Below, in pieces: positions 21,543 to 30,750 of a DNA stretch of 64,000 bases. This stretch comes from Acidobacteriota bacterium (GTDB taxonomy: Bacteria; Acidobacteriota; Thermoanaerobaculia; Gp7-AA8). The notes under the pieces are model-generated. The model was not told the DNA's origin and did not search any database. It worked only from the letters and a program-made list of their open reading frames with translations. Position numbers and translations under genes: made by a program. The stretch spans positions 32,001 through 96,000 of the forward strand of contig JAFATB010000013.1 of NCBI GenBank assembly GCA_019244185.1, in the 5' to 3' direction. Each line of letters opens with the position of its first letter. Position 1 is the first letter of the stretch.

Positions 21543-22631
21543 ATGGCAGACCGCACCAATCCCGCGACACGCATCCGGCAACTCGTCGATGAGCGCATCG
21601 CGTTGGAATCCAGACTCCAGAACGAGCCCGGCGAGCTCCCCGACGGCACCTCCCGCGAATACGACGGCAAGTATCAGTCGCTGCAGCGCCAGCTCGCGAA
21701 CCTCTTCAAGGAAACCGACGACGACCAGCAGCGCGTGACCGTGATGCTGGAGATGATGCGCATCCTCGAGAACCGCCTCGTCTACCTGCAGAACTTCATC
21801 GTCGATCCGAGCTCCGAAAACCGCATCCTCGCGCAGCTCGTCACGAAGTTCATCGATCAGATGAGCCGCGAGCGCACGCCGGTGCTGACGACGCTTGAAG
21901 CAACGTACTACCGCGCCGTCGCCGCGCTGTACGCGGGCGAGCTCGGAAAAGCGCGCGAAGGTTTCGGCGCGGCGTGCGCCTCCGAAGAGTCGGACGAGGC
22001 GAACGACATCAAATACAAGTCGTACGTCATCCTCGGGCATCTCTCGCACGAGGAAGCCGACTACGCCAAGGCGAAGGAGCTGCACGAGCAGTCGATGCGC
22101 TACTCGCCGAACGACAACGTCACCGCGCAGGCGCTCGCGCTCAAGGCGCTGAACTCGTACGCGCTGCAGGACTATGACGACGCGCTGCATCTTTTCTCCG
22201 AAGCGCTGGCGCTCTTCGACGAACAGAAGCCGTTCTTCAACGCGTACTTTTTCCGCAACGCGCTGCTCTTCTGCGGCGCGATCTACTTCGACCGCCGCCG
22301 CTACGACGACGCCGAATCGTTCTACCGCCGCGTCGTCGACAACGTCGACCAGAGCTCGTTCGATTACTTCGACGCGCTCTCGCACCTCGGCCGCATCTGC
22401 TACGCGCAGGACCGCTGGGAAGAGGCGGTGGCGTCGTTCGAGAAAGCGGTGCAGACGCATCGCTACGGCGAGAACGAGTACGTCGTCGACACGTGGTTCT
22501 GGCTCGCGCGCTGCCATCTGCGCCGCAACGACGCGGGCGAGGCGCGCAAGTACCTCGAGAAGATCGCCGCGACCGACGTCCGCTACGAGAAGAAGCCGCA
22601 GGCCGTCGAGCTGTTGCAGCGCATCGCATGA
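21543..22631 (+). CDS. tetratricopeptide-repeat protein
   Basis: Repeated helical TPR patterns (LGHLSHEEADYAKA, LGRICYAQDRWEEA, LARCHLRRNDAGEA); aggac RBS. Confidence 0.82.
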   Translation: MADRTNPATRIRQLVDERIALESRLQNEPGELPDGTSREYDGKYQSLQRQLANLFKETDDDQQRVTVMLEMMRILENRLVYLQNFIVDPSSENRILAQLVTKFIDQMSRERTPVLTTLEATYYRAVAALYAGELGKAREGFGAACASEESDEANDIKYKSYVILGHLSHEEADYAKAKELHEQSMRYSPNDNVTAQALALKALNSYALQDYDDALHLFSEALALFDEQKPFFNAYFFRNALLFCGAIYFDRRRYDDAESFYRRVVDNVDQSSFDYFDALSHLGRICYAQDRWEEAVASFEKAVQTHRYGENEYVVDTWFWLARCHLRRNDAGEARKYLEKIAATDVRYEKKPQAVELLQRIA

Positions 22632-23050
22632 CGCTCGACGACTTCGAACGCGAGCTCGCGCGGGCGCTGCTGGCCGGCGACGATCCGCTCCTGGAGACGC
22701 TGCGCGCGCAGTACGCGGCGGCGAGCGTGCGCGATCGCGAGACGAACCCGAACGGCTTCGTCACGCGCTTCGACGTGCCGGCGTCCGCGCCCGCGATCGA
22801 ACGGAAGCTGCTCCATCTCGACGATCTGCAGGTCGAGCTCGAAGGCGCGAAGACGCCGGCCGAGGCGTCGCTGCAGGTGCACGACGGCCGGCTGCGATCG
22901 CTGGAGTGCTTCGTCTACGATGGCGCGTTCCCGGAGTCGCCGGCGATCCGCGCCGCGTGGTACTACGGCACGGAACGCTATCCCGGCGTCACCGACGAAC
23001 TGCTCGCCGCGCGCGACGTCGAGGAACTCCTCGACGCCGACGACGAGTAG
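22628..23050 (+). CDS. hypothetical protein
   Basis: ATGA overlap with the TPR gene; protein-like composition MTLDDFERELARALL... Confidence 0.7.
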   Translation: MTLDDFERELARALLAGDDPLLETLRAQYAAASVRDRETNPNGFVTRFDVPASAPAIERKLLHLDDLQVELEGAKTPAEASLQVHDGRLRSLECFVYDGAFPESPAIRAAWYYGTERYPGVTDELLAARDVEELLDADDE

Positions 23051-23067
23051 CGGTGACGTCCGGCCGG

Positions 23068-24105
23068 CTATTTCCCGGCCGGCACGACGACGACGTCGCT
23101 GTATTGATTAAAGAGCGAGGTCGCCCAGATCTCGGGCAGCTTGGCGTTGCGTGCGAGCTCGAGCCTCAGCGGCTGGTTCGTGTTGCCGAGAATGAGGTCG
23201 TTCGCGTAGACGCGCATCTCGACCGGCTTGCCGTTCGACGCGTCCTTTGCGTGCACGGTGATCGTGTTCGTCACGCCGCGTTTCCAGCTATCGGGCGACG
23301 GCGTGATGTCGACGACGACCTTCGGGATGTCGTACGGCATCGTGAAGGTCATCGTCGGATAGCCGGGCGTGTCGAGCGTGAGACGCGGCGCGACGACGTC
23401 GGTGTGGCCGCTCGCATTCGGCTCGCGGTTGAGCTTCGCGTTCCACGGGAACGGCCACGACGTGCGGACCTTGCCGTCGTACGACGCGGTCGAGTAGATG
23501 GTCTGCTTGTCGACGGTGATCACGCCTTCGACCGGCACGTGCGTGTCGGGGTCGACGGCGAAGACCGTGACGTTGCCCTTGTAGCCGACCGGCAGGTGTT
23601 CGGGCGAGAACCACACCTCGGGCGGCCGGTTATGCGCGACCGCCGGCTGCTCGTTCGCGCACTTCTGCGCGTCGGTGTAGAGCGCCTTGCTGCTCGAGTC
23701 GATGCCGAGGTAGTAGATGTAGTAGAAGCCGATGCACTGCTCGTAGTCGCGCGACTTCATCGGGTACTTCATGCACGTGCGCGCGACGTCGGCGCGGTTG
23801 ATCTCGTTGCAGAAGAGGTACGTGTTGTTCGGCGTCGCATAGCACGCGGCCATCTGCGCGCTGGCGGGATTCATGACCGCCATGAGGTCGTTCCAGTGCT
23901 TCTCGATCCAGCTGCTATCGAGCTCGAACCCGCGCTGGACGGCGCCCTGCGCGACGAGGTTGTGCTTCGGAAACGAGATCGGCACGTGGCTCGCGGCACA
24001 GGGTGGCGTCACGTAAACGTCCGGAAATGCAGGACGTTGCGCGGCGCCGGCGGAGGCGGCGAGGGCGGAGGCGAGAGCGAGGCAGAGGACGAGAGTGCGC
24101 TTCAT
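23068..24105 (-). CDS. secreted hypothetical protein (Cys-containing N-domain, beta-rich C-domains)
   Basis: Signal peptide MKRTLVLCLALASALAASAGA; six Cys in the mature N-terminal half. Confidence 0.8.
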   Translation of the reverse strand: MKRTLVLCLALASALAASAGAAQRPAFPDVYVTPPCAASHVPISFPKHNLVAQGAVQRGFELDSSWIEKHWNDLMAVMNPASAQMAACYATPNNTYLFCNEINRADVARTCMKYPMKSRDYEQCIGFYYIYYLGIDSSSKALYTDAQKCANEQPAVAHNRPPEVWFSPEHLPVGYKGNVTVFAVDPDTHVPVEGVITVDKQTIYSTASYDGKVRTSWPFPWNAKLNREPNASGHTDVVAPRLTLDTPGYPTMTFTMPYDIPKVVVDITPSPDSWKRGVTNTITVHAKDASNGKPVEMRVYANDLILGNTNQPLRLELARNAKLPEIWATSLFNQYSDVVVVPAGK

Positions 24106-24123
24106 GCGTAGGTGAGACGACGA

Positions 24124-25254
24124 TCACTGGAATCGCGTTACGACGAACGCGATATCGTCCTTGAATTCTTCCGTGGCCGAGAACTCGGCGACGTCGTTGT
24201 AGATCGCGTCGTAGACCGTGCCGAGGTCCGCGCCGCCGTGCCGCTCGAGAATCGCCGCGACCCGGTCGATCGAGTAGAACTCCTGGTTCGCGTTCATGCG
24301 GTCCGTCAGTCCGTCGGTGTAGACGAAGAGCGTGTCGCCCGGCGCGACCGTCAGCGAATGCTCCTCGAACGGCATGTTCGGCATCGCCCCGAGAAGGTTG
24401 CTCGGCGACTCGAGGAGCTCGGTGCGCTTGCGCTCGTGCTGGTAGAGGAGGAACGGCGGATGCGCGGCGTTCGCGTAGACGAGCTGTCGTCCTTCCTGCA
24501 CGCGGAAGAGCGCCGCGGTCGCGAACTGCGTCGGCAGGCTGACGCTGAACAGAAAGTCATTCAGCCGCGACATGAACTCGTGCAGCGAGCGATCCGACGC
24601 GGCCTCGGTGTGGATGTAGCTCTTGAGCAGCGACACGAGGATCGCCGCGGGCAGGCCGTGTCCCGAGACGTCGGCCACAAAGAGATACAGCCGGTCGTCC
24701 TGCAGGAAGTAGTCGTAGAAATCGCCCGAGAGCACTTCGCTCGGGATGTACGCGGAACGGATCTGCAGCCGCGCCGACGCGAGCGCGCGTTCCGGCATCA
24801 GCGCTTCCTGCACGCGCCGCGCGATCTGCAGGTCGCGCGTCATCTGCTGGTTCATCCGCCGCAGCTGATCCTGATACGCCTTCATGCGCAGCAGCGCGCG
24901 GAGCCGCGCGACGACGATCTCGATGTCCGAGCCTTTCGTCACGAAGTCATCCGCACCCGCACCGAGCCCCTCGACGACGTGCTGCGCGGAGTCGGAGCCG
25001 GTGAGCATCAGCACGGGAATGGTCTGCAGCTCCGGATCGGCCTTCACGCGCCGCGTGAACTCGAACCCGTCCATCCCCGGCATGCGGTAGTCGACGATGA
25101 TCGCGTCCGGCAACAGCTGCTGCGCGAGCTCCAACCCCTCGTCCCCCGACAATGCGGGCACGGCGTCGTATCCGCGGCGCTCCAGAAGGCGCCGCGTGAC
25201 CTGCAAATCGTTCGCGTTGTCGTCGATGACGACGATGCGCTGCCCCTTTTCCAT
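24124..25254 (-). CDS. response regulator receiver fused to a SpoIIE/PP2C phosphatase (RsbU-like)
   Basis: IVVIDDN, DYRMPGMDG; LSGDFYD, ADVSGHG, NAAHPP, YTDGL, DDIA. Confidence 0.92.
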   Translation of the reverse strand: MEKGQRIVVIDDNANDLQVTRRLLERRGYDAVPALSGDEGLELAQQLLPDAIIVDYRMPGMDGFEFTRRVKADPELQTIPVLMLTGSDSAQHVVEGLGAGADDFVTKGSDIEIVVARLRALLRMKAYQDQLRRMNQQMTRDLQIARRVQEALMPERALASARLQIRSAYIPSEVLSGDFYDYFLQDDRLYLFVADVSGHGLPAAILVSLLKSYIHTEAASDRSLHEFMSRLNDFLFSVSLPTQFATAALFRVQEGRQLVYANAAHPPFLLYQHERKRTELLESPSNLLGAMPNMPFEEHSLTVAPGDTLFVYTDGLTDRMNANQEFYSIDRVAAILERHGGADLGTVYDAIYNDVAEFSATEEFKDDIAFVVTRFQ

Positions 25255-25298
25255 CACGGACGGTCTCGCGAGCTTATGCAGCAAGCCGGGCGCGAAGG

Positions 25299-25661
25299 TC
25301 AAGGGGCGGGGGAGGGAGGAAGGAGGGAGCGGACCTCGGCGAGGAGGCGGGGGAGGTGGTCGTGGAGGACGGTCCACACCACTTCGTAGTCCACCTCCGG
25401 ATAATCGTGCACGAGCCTGTGACGGAAGCCGGTGATGCGACGCGCCGCGGAAACGCGATCGCTCAAAGCAGGGTCGGCGATGAGCGCTCTGTTCAACGCC
25501 TCGCCGATCGTGATCAGCAAACGTTCAATCGCCAACGACGTGCGGCGATCGTGCGAGAAGTCTTCGTAAGTGAATCCCTCGGTCAGCGCGAGGATTTCCT
25601 GGCCGGCTTCCGCGATGTGCAGCAACCGCGTATCGCGCTCATGCTGCTGGAGCGGATTCAT
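25299..25661 (-). CDS. HEPN/DUF86 toxin (HepT-like), copy A
   Basis: AIERLLITIGEA, GFRHRLVHDY (Rx4H intact), VVWTV; overlaps the MNT stop. Confidence 0.88.
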   Translation of the reverse strand: MNPLQQHERDTRLLHIAEAGQEILALTEGFTYEDFSHDRRTSLAIERLLITIGEALNRALIADPALSDRVSAARRITGFRHRLVHDYPEVDYEVVWTVLHDHLPRLLAEVRSLLPPSPAP

Positions 25662-25971
25662 AAATCGAACGCTCCGTCAGCGCGAGCACCTGCATGAAGT
25701 ACGGATTCTCAATCGACCGCCGTTGCACGAGATCGACGTGGCGGTCGAAGAGATCGAGCAACTCGCCCCACAATCCCCACCACAACCGACCCCGCTCGAG
25801 CGGATCGGGATCCCACTCGAACTCCACCACGAAATCCACGTCGCTCTTCGCGGGATCGAACGTGCCCCTCACCGCCGACCCGAAAATCGTCAGGCGTTTC
25901 ACGCGGTATCTCTCGCAGAGCGCGCGCACGCCACCCAAGTGCTGCGCGATCTCGGGCGGTAGCGCGTTCAT
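25639..25971 (-). CDS. minimal nucleotidyltransferase antitoxin (MntA-like), copy A
   Basis: IFGSAVRGTFDPAKSDVDFVV (GSx10DxD motif), RHVDLV. Confidence 0.9.
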   Translation of the reverse strand: MNALPPEIAQHLGGVRALCERYRVKRLTIFGSAVRGTFDPAKSDVDFVVEFEWDPDPLERGRLWWGLWGELLDLFDRHVDLVQRRSIENPYFMQVLALTERSIYESAPAA

Positions 25972-26051
25972 CGGGCGCATTGTACCCTTCGCCCTCGCAT
26001 GAAACTGATCGTGGAGGTCGGGAGAGAGACGTCGGGAGCGCCAGCTTGTCG

Positions 26052-26384
26052 TCAGCGTTCCAGGACCGCGCGGACTTCGGCGAGGAGGCGAGGGAGGTGG
26101 TTCTGCACGATGCGCCACACGCCTTCGTCGTAGATCGTTGCGTAGTCGTAAACCAGCACGTTGCGGAAGTCGACGATCTCGCGGAATCGCGTAATCCGCT
26201 CCGGCACGGTCGCATCGACTCTCGCCGCTTCGCGCAGCGCTTCGCCGATCATTCCGAACCGGCGCTCGACCGCATCGCGCAGCATGCGATCGACGGCGTA
26301 TTGCTCGAACGACTTACCGGCGACATATCCCAGGATGATCTCGCCGGACTCGAGGACGTGCTCGAATCGTTCGCGCACCTCCAT
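26052..26384 (-). CDS. HEPN/DUF86 toxin, copy B, catalytic His replaced by Tyr
   Basis: DAVERRFGMIGEA, FRNVLVYDY, VWRIVQNHLP. Confidence 0.82.
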   Translation of the reverse strand: MEVRERFEHVLESGEIILGYVAGKSFEQYAVDRMLRDAVERRFGMIGEALREAARVDATVPERITRFREIVDFRNVLVYDYATIYDEGVWRIVQNHLPRLLAEVRAVLER

Positions 26385-26701
26385 GCTGCATAGAGATCGA
26401 TATGTTGGAGGTCGATCACTTCGGTGAGGCGACGGCTGCGAATCGTGGACGCCACGATAAGATCCACCGGCCGTCCGAGGAGGTCCTTCAACTCCTCCCA
26501 CAGCTCGAGCCACAACCGTCCCCGCTCGAGCGGATCTGGATCCCACTCGAACTCCACCACGAAATCCACGTCGCTCTTCGCGGGATCGAACGTGCCCTTC
26601 ACCGCCGACCCGAAAATCGTCAGGCGTTTCACGCGGTATTTCTCGCACAGCGCGCGCACGGCATCCAGGTGCTGCGCGATCTCCGGCGGTAGCGCGTTCA
26701 T
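26249..26701 (-). CDS. minimal nucleotidyltransferase antitoxin, copy B, reading through past ...LYAA (probable +1 indel)
   Basis: IFGSAVKGTFDPAKSDVDFVV, GRPVDLIV; the tail after DLYAA is not protein-like. Confidence 0.8.
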   Translation of the reverse strand: MNALPPEIAQHLDAVRALCEKYRVKRLTIFGSAVKGTFDPAKSDVDFVVEFEWDPDPLERGRLWLELWEELKDLLGRPVDLIVASTIRSRRLTEVIDLQHIDLYAAWRCANDSSTSSSPARSSWDMSPVSRSSNTPSIACCAMRSSAGSE

Positions 26702-26728
26702 CGGGCGCATTGTACCCTTCGCCCTCGC

Positions 26729-27334
26729 ATGAAACTGATCGTGGGGCTCGGGAATCCGGGCGCGGATTACGAGCGAACGCGGCACAACGTGGGGTGGTGG
26801 GTGGTGGAGGCGTTCGCGCGGAAGTTTCGCATCGCCATCGACACGCATGAGAAGGCCGCCATGACCGGCTCGGGGCGGGTGGCGGGTGGGGCGGTGATGG
26901 TGGCGAAGCCGCTCACGTTCATGAACCTTTCCGGCGATTCGGTGCGGCTGCTCGTGAACGCGTATCTCGACTCCACCGACGACCTGATGGTCGTCTACGA
27001 CGACATCGATCTGCCGCTCGGAAAGCTGCGCATCCGGCCGAACGGTTCGGCGGGAACGCACAACGGCATGCGGTCGATCGTCGGCACGCTCGGCACGGAG
27101 CGCTTTCCGCGGCTGCGCGTCGGTGTCGGCGCGCCCGATCGCGGGAAGCTCCGCGACTTCGTGCTCGACGAGTTCGCGGCGGACGAACAGCCGGTCATCG
27201 ACCGCGCGGTGGTCCGCGCGGTCGATGCGCTGGTGCTGTTCGCGCGCGGCGATCTCCGCCGCGCGATGAACGAGTTCAACAAAGATCCCGAGGAGCCGGC
27301 GCCGCCGGCGCCTACGACTTCAGACGCGGTTTGA
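26729..27334 (+). CDS. pth: peptidyl-tRNA hydrolase
   Basis: MKLIVGLGNPG...TRHNVG, KPLTFMNLSG, DDIDLPLG, GTHNGMRS. Confidence 0.96.
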   Translation: MKLIVGLGNPGADYERTRHNVGWWVVEAFARKFRIAIDTHEKAAMTGSGRVAGGAVMVAKPLTFMNLSGDSVRLLVNAYLDSTDDLMVVYDDIDLPLGKLRIRPNGSAGTHNGMRSIVGTLGTERFPRLRVGVGAPDRGKLRDFVLDEFAADEQPVIDRAVVRAVDALVLFARGDLRRAMNEFNKDPEEPAPPAPTTSDAV

Positions 27335-29081
27335 CGTACTGCGTCATCACCGCCTCGCGCAGCAGCGCCGGCGGCACGAGTCCCTGCGCCAGCACGAAGT
27401 CGTGATACGACTGGCGGTCGAAGTCCTTGCCGAGCATCCGCTCGACGTCCGTGCGCAGCTCGATGAGGCGCGAGTAGCCGACGAAGTACGACGGCGCCTG
27501 CCCCGGCGCCCAGAACGTGTAGCGCTCGACTTCCTGCAGCGCCATCGCGTGCGACAGCGCCACCTGATCCTCGAGCACGCGGAACGCTTCGTCGCGCGTC
27601 ATGCGGCCGAGCTGCAGACTCGGATCGAGATACGCGCGCGCGGCGCGAAGCAGCCGATGCTGCAGCGCGATGAGCTGGCCGTCGAGCGGCTCGTACGGCT
27701 TCATCTCCGCCTCCGCGTACAGCGCCCACCCTTCGACGTTGACGCTGTTGAACGCGAACAGCACGCGCGCCTGCGACACGCCGTGCTCCAGGATCGACGC
27801 GAACTGCAACTCGTGTCCGGGACGTCCCTCGTGCGCCGTCAGCGTCCAGGACGCCGCGTCGAACGTGAAATCGTCGAAGCCCACTTCCTCTTTGCCGTTC
27901 TCCGCCGGGATGCGCAGCGGCAGCACGAACGCCGCCTTCTCGCCGGTGTTGCCGAGGAGGCGCGGCGGATCGACGTGCGGCGCGGGAGTCGCGGCGGTTT
28001 CCGCGGCCGTTGCGAGGCGGATGACCATTTCGCGCTGCGGCAGCGTGACAAGCTTCTGCGTGCGGACGATGTTCTCGATGTCCTTGAGTCGCGCCTGATA
28101 GCGCGGCAGGATCTCGTCGCCGACGAACTGCTGCTTTTTCAGCTCGCGGATGACGTCGCGGTAGTCCGTCGCGTTGATGCCTTTCTCTTTTGCGACGAGC
28201 GGCGCGAGCGCCTGCATCTCGTTCTGAATCTCGCGGAACGACGTCTTCGCGCGGCTGATCAGCTCTTCCACCGGCATGTCGTTGCCGCGCGTGCGCAGCA
28301 GATACCGGTACATCTCTTCCGGCTGGCGGAAGTCGGTGGTCGCGCGCGGAAGGATCTCGGCGCGCACGAAGTCGTTGTACGCGGCGACCTGCTTCTTCAG
28401 CTCCGCGAACGGCGCCTGGTAGCCGGCGATCTTGTACTTTTGAAAGAGCTGCTCGATGCCGGCCATGTAGCGGTCGCTGTTGGCGAGGTCTTTCTCGAGG
28501 TTGTCTTTGAACGGCCCCTTCACGCCGGCGTCGTTGAGATGCGCGCGCGTGTACGCCATCGCCTGCTGCGTGAGCGGCGTGAAGCCCTTCTCGAGCCCCG
28601 CGTAGCGGCGCAGGCGCACGAGCGCGCCGGCGCGGCGTTCCGGCGCGACGCGATCGTCGAGCAGCGCGCGCGTGCCGTTGAAGAACGTCTGCGTGATGTT
28701 GAAGTACGGGAGCTCGTACTTTTCCGACAGGCGATCGCCTTCGATGTTCTCGTTCGTGGCGTTGATGAGGATCTTCAGATCCTGCGCGACGGACGGGTCC
28801 TTCTCCGTGGCGAGCTTCGCCTGCAACTGCTGGAGCGCCTGCTGCTGCGCGGCGTTCGACTTCGCGTTGAGGTCGAGCGGCAGCTGACGGATGTCCGTGT
28901 CATGACCTTCTACGCCAAGGGCCGAGGCGTCTTCCGGGCTGTAGCGGGCGAGGATGTCGAAGAGAATCTGCGCGTTCGCGTCACTGCGCTTGACCCATTC
29001 GGGCTGAGCGGTTTGTGCGAGCGCAGCCGTGGCAACGGCAAGCGAAAAGAGAAGCGTGGCGAGCGTACGGCGCGTGTTCAT
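27312..29081 (-). CDS. DUF885-family secreted metallopeptidase-like protein
   Basis: Signal peptide; HEGRPGHELQ, EGWALYAE, EVERY, PGQAPSY. Confidence 0.9.
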   Translation of the reverse strand: MNTRRTLATLLFSLAVATAALAQTAQPEWVKRSDANAQILFDILARYSPEDASALGVEGHDTDIRQLPLDLNAKSNAAQQQALQQLQAKLATEKDPSVAQDLKILINATNENIEGDRLSEKYELPYFNITQTFFNGTRALLDDRVAPERRAGALVRLRRYAGLEKGFTPLTQQAMAYTRAHLNDAGVKGPFKDNLEKDLANSDRYMAGIEQLFQKYKIAGYQAPFAELKKQVAAYNDFVRAEILPRATTDFRQPEEMYRYLLRTRGNDMPVEELISRAKTSFREIQNEMQALAPLVAKEKGINATDYRDVIRELKKQQFVGDEILPRYQARLKDIENIVRTQKLVTLPQREMVIRLATAAETAATPAPHVDPPRLLGNTGEKAAFVLPLRIPAENGKEEVGFDDFTFDAASWTLTAHEGRPGHELQFASILEHGVSQARVLFAFNSVNVEGWALYAEAEMKPYEPLDGQLIALQHRLLRAARAYLDPSLQLGRMTRDEAFRVLEDQVALSHAMALQEVERYTFWAPGQAPSYFVGYSRLIELRTDVERMLGKDFDRQSYHDFVLAQGLVPPALLREAVMTQYVKPRLKS

Positions 29082-29150
29082 GGCGGTTATTACGATTCGA
29101 AGCAGGAGTGGTTTCACATTGCCCGCGCAGAACTGCTACGCTGCCGCGCC

Positions 29151-30737
29151 ATGACCCCGATCCACACCCTCGGCGAATTACGCGCCTCCGGTTATCGCGT
29201 CCGCTCCGTCAAGGACGAGATGCGCGCCAATCTCCTCTCGGCCCTCGCGCGCGGCGAGCAGGTCTTCACCGGCATCCATGGCTACGAACGCACGGTGCTC
29301 CCCGCGATCCACAACGCGATCCTCTCGAAGCACGACATCATCCTGCTCGGCCTGCGCGGCCAGGCGAAGACGCGCATCCTGCGCTCGCTGACGGCGCTGC
29401 TCGACGAGCACGTGCCCGTCATCGACGGCTGCGAGATCAACGACTCGCCGTTCGAGCCGACGTGCAAACGCTGCCGCCGCCTCTCCGCGGAACAGGGCGA
29501 CGACCTGCGCATCGGCTGGCTCGCGCGCGGCGACCGCTATCGCGAGAAGCTCGCAACGCCCGACGTCACCGTGGCCGATCTCGTCGGCGACATCGATCCG
29601 ATCAAGGCCGCGAACCAGCGCCTCACGTACGCGGACGAGGAAGTCATCCACTACGGCATCATCCCGCGCACGAACCGCGGCATCTTCGCCATCAACGAAC
29701 TGCCCGATCTCGCGCCGCGCATTCAGGTCGCGCTGCTGAACATCCTCGAAGAGCGCGACCTGCAGATCCGCGGCTTTCCGGTGCGCATTCCGATGGACAT
29801 CGTGCTCGTCTTCAGCGCGAATCCCGAGGACTACACGAGCCGCGGCAACATCATCACGCCGCTCAAGGACCGCATCGATTCGCAGATCCTGACGCACTAC
29901 CCGCAGACGATCGAGACCGCGCGCCGCATCACCGATCAGGAAGCGTGGCTCGAGCGCGACTCCGCCGCGTCGATCGAAGTGCCGCCGCACGTGCGCGATC
30001 TCGTCGAACAGATCGCGTTCTCCGCGCGCGAGTCGGAGCTCGTCGATCAGTCGTCCGGCGTCTCCGCGCGACTCACGATCGCGGCGATGGAACTGCTGCA
30101 GTCGAATCTCGAACGCCGAGCGGCGATCACCGGCGACCGCGCCGTGTATCCGCGTCTCTCCGATCTCTCGATGGTGCTGCCGGCGATCACCGGCAAGGTG
30201 GAAATGGTGTACGAGGGCGAGCAGCAGGGAGCGGAAGTCGTCGCGCGCAAGCTCGTCGGACTCGCGCTGGCGAAGCTGTTCGAATCGAAGTTCCCGCCGG
30301 TCGAGCGCGCGGGCGTCGCGCAGCGCGCCGAACGCGAGCGCCGCGGCTACGGCGAGATGGACGCCGACGATCTCGACGACGCGTTCTCCGGACGCCGCAA
30401 GCGCAAAGAACCGCAGCAGCGCGAAGAGCAGAAGCCGCCCGCGCCGAGCGAGTCCGCCTACGACGCGATCCTCGGCTGGTTCGCCGGCGGCAACCAGATC
30501 ACGCTCTCCGACGAGCAGCCGTTCGCCGAGTATTTCCGCGCGCTCAGCTCAGTGCCGCAGCTCGCCGACGTCGCGCGCAAGTACACGAACGCGTCGCGCA
30601 ACGAGGAGCTGGCGTGGTGGATGGAGATGGTGCTGGAAGGTCTGCATCAGGCGCTGCGGCTCGCCCGCGAGGATCTGGACTCGACGATCACGTTCCACGA
30701 GCTGATGAAATTCAACGTCTTAAGAACGGTTCGTTAA
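29151..30737 (+). CDS. Mg-chelatase ChlI-like AAA+ ATPase
   Basis: GLRGQAKTR, YREKLATPD, NRGIFAINELPDL, ANPEDYTSRG. Confidence 0.88.
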   Translation: MTPIHTLGELRASGYRVRSVKDEMRANLLSALARGEQVFTGIHGYERTVLPAIHNAILSKHDIILLGLRGQAKTRILRSLTALLDEHVPVIDGCEINDSPFEPTCKRCRRLSAEQGDDLRIGWLARGDRYREKLATPDVTVADLVGDIDPIKAANQRLTYADEEVIHYGIIPRTNRGIFAINELPDLAPRIQVALLNILEERDLQIRGFPVRIPMDIVLVFSANPEDYTSRGNIITPLKDRIDSQILTHYPQTIETARRITDQEAWLERDSAASIEVPPHVRDLVEQIAFSARESELVDQSSGVSARLTIAAMELLQSNLERRAAITGDRAVYPRLSDLSMVLPAITGKVEMVYEGEQQGAEVVARKLVGLALAKLFESKFPPVERAGVAQRAERERRGYGEMDADDLDDAFSGRRKRKEPQQREEQKPPAPSESAYDAILGWFAGGNQITLSDEQPFAEYFRALSSVPQLADVARKYTNASRNEELAWWMEMVLEGLHQALRLAREDLDSTITFHELMKFNVLRTVR

Positions 30738-30750
30738 ACTGAAGCGCGCC

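Larger units (their letters stand above)
25781..26744. repeat. near-identical ~234-bp direct repeat (25781-26014 and 26511-26744)
   Basis: Both copies run from cacaaccg... to ...gccctcgcatgaaactgatcgtgg, offset 730 bp. Confidence 0.93.

Noticed and set aside
25999-26014. Second pth gene
   Set aside because: Only the first 16 nt match; the frame then diverges into non-Pth sequence.
27402-29150. N-terminal extension of the 1111-aa ORF
   Set aside because: It is antisense to the DUF885 gene; the ATPase begins at ATG 29151. The same reasoning applies to the over-long track ORFs starting at 12089, 13087, 15261, 37484 and 61507.
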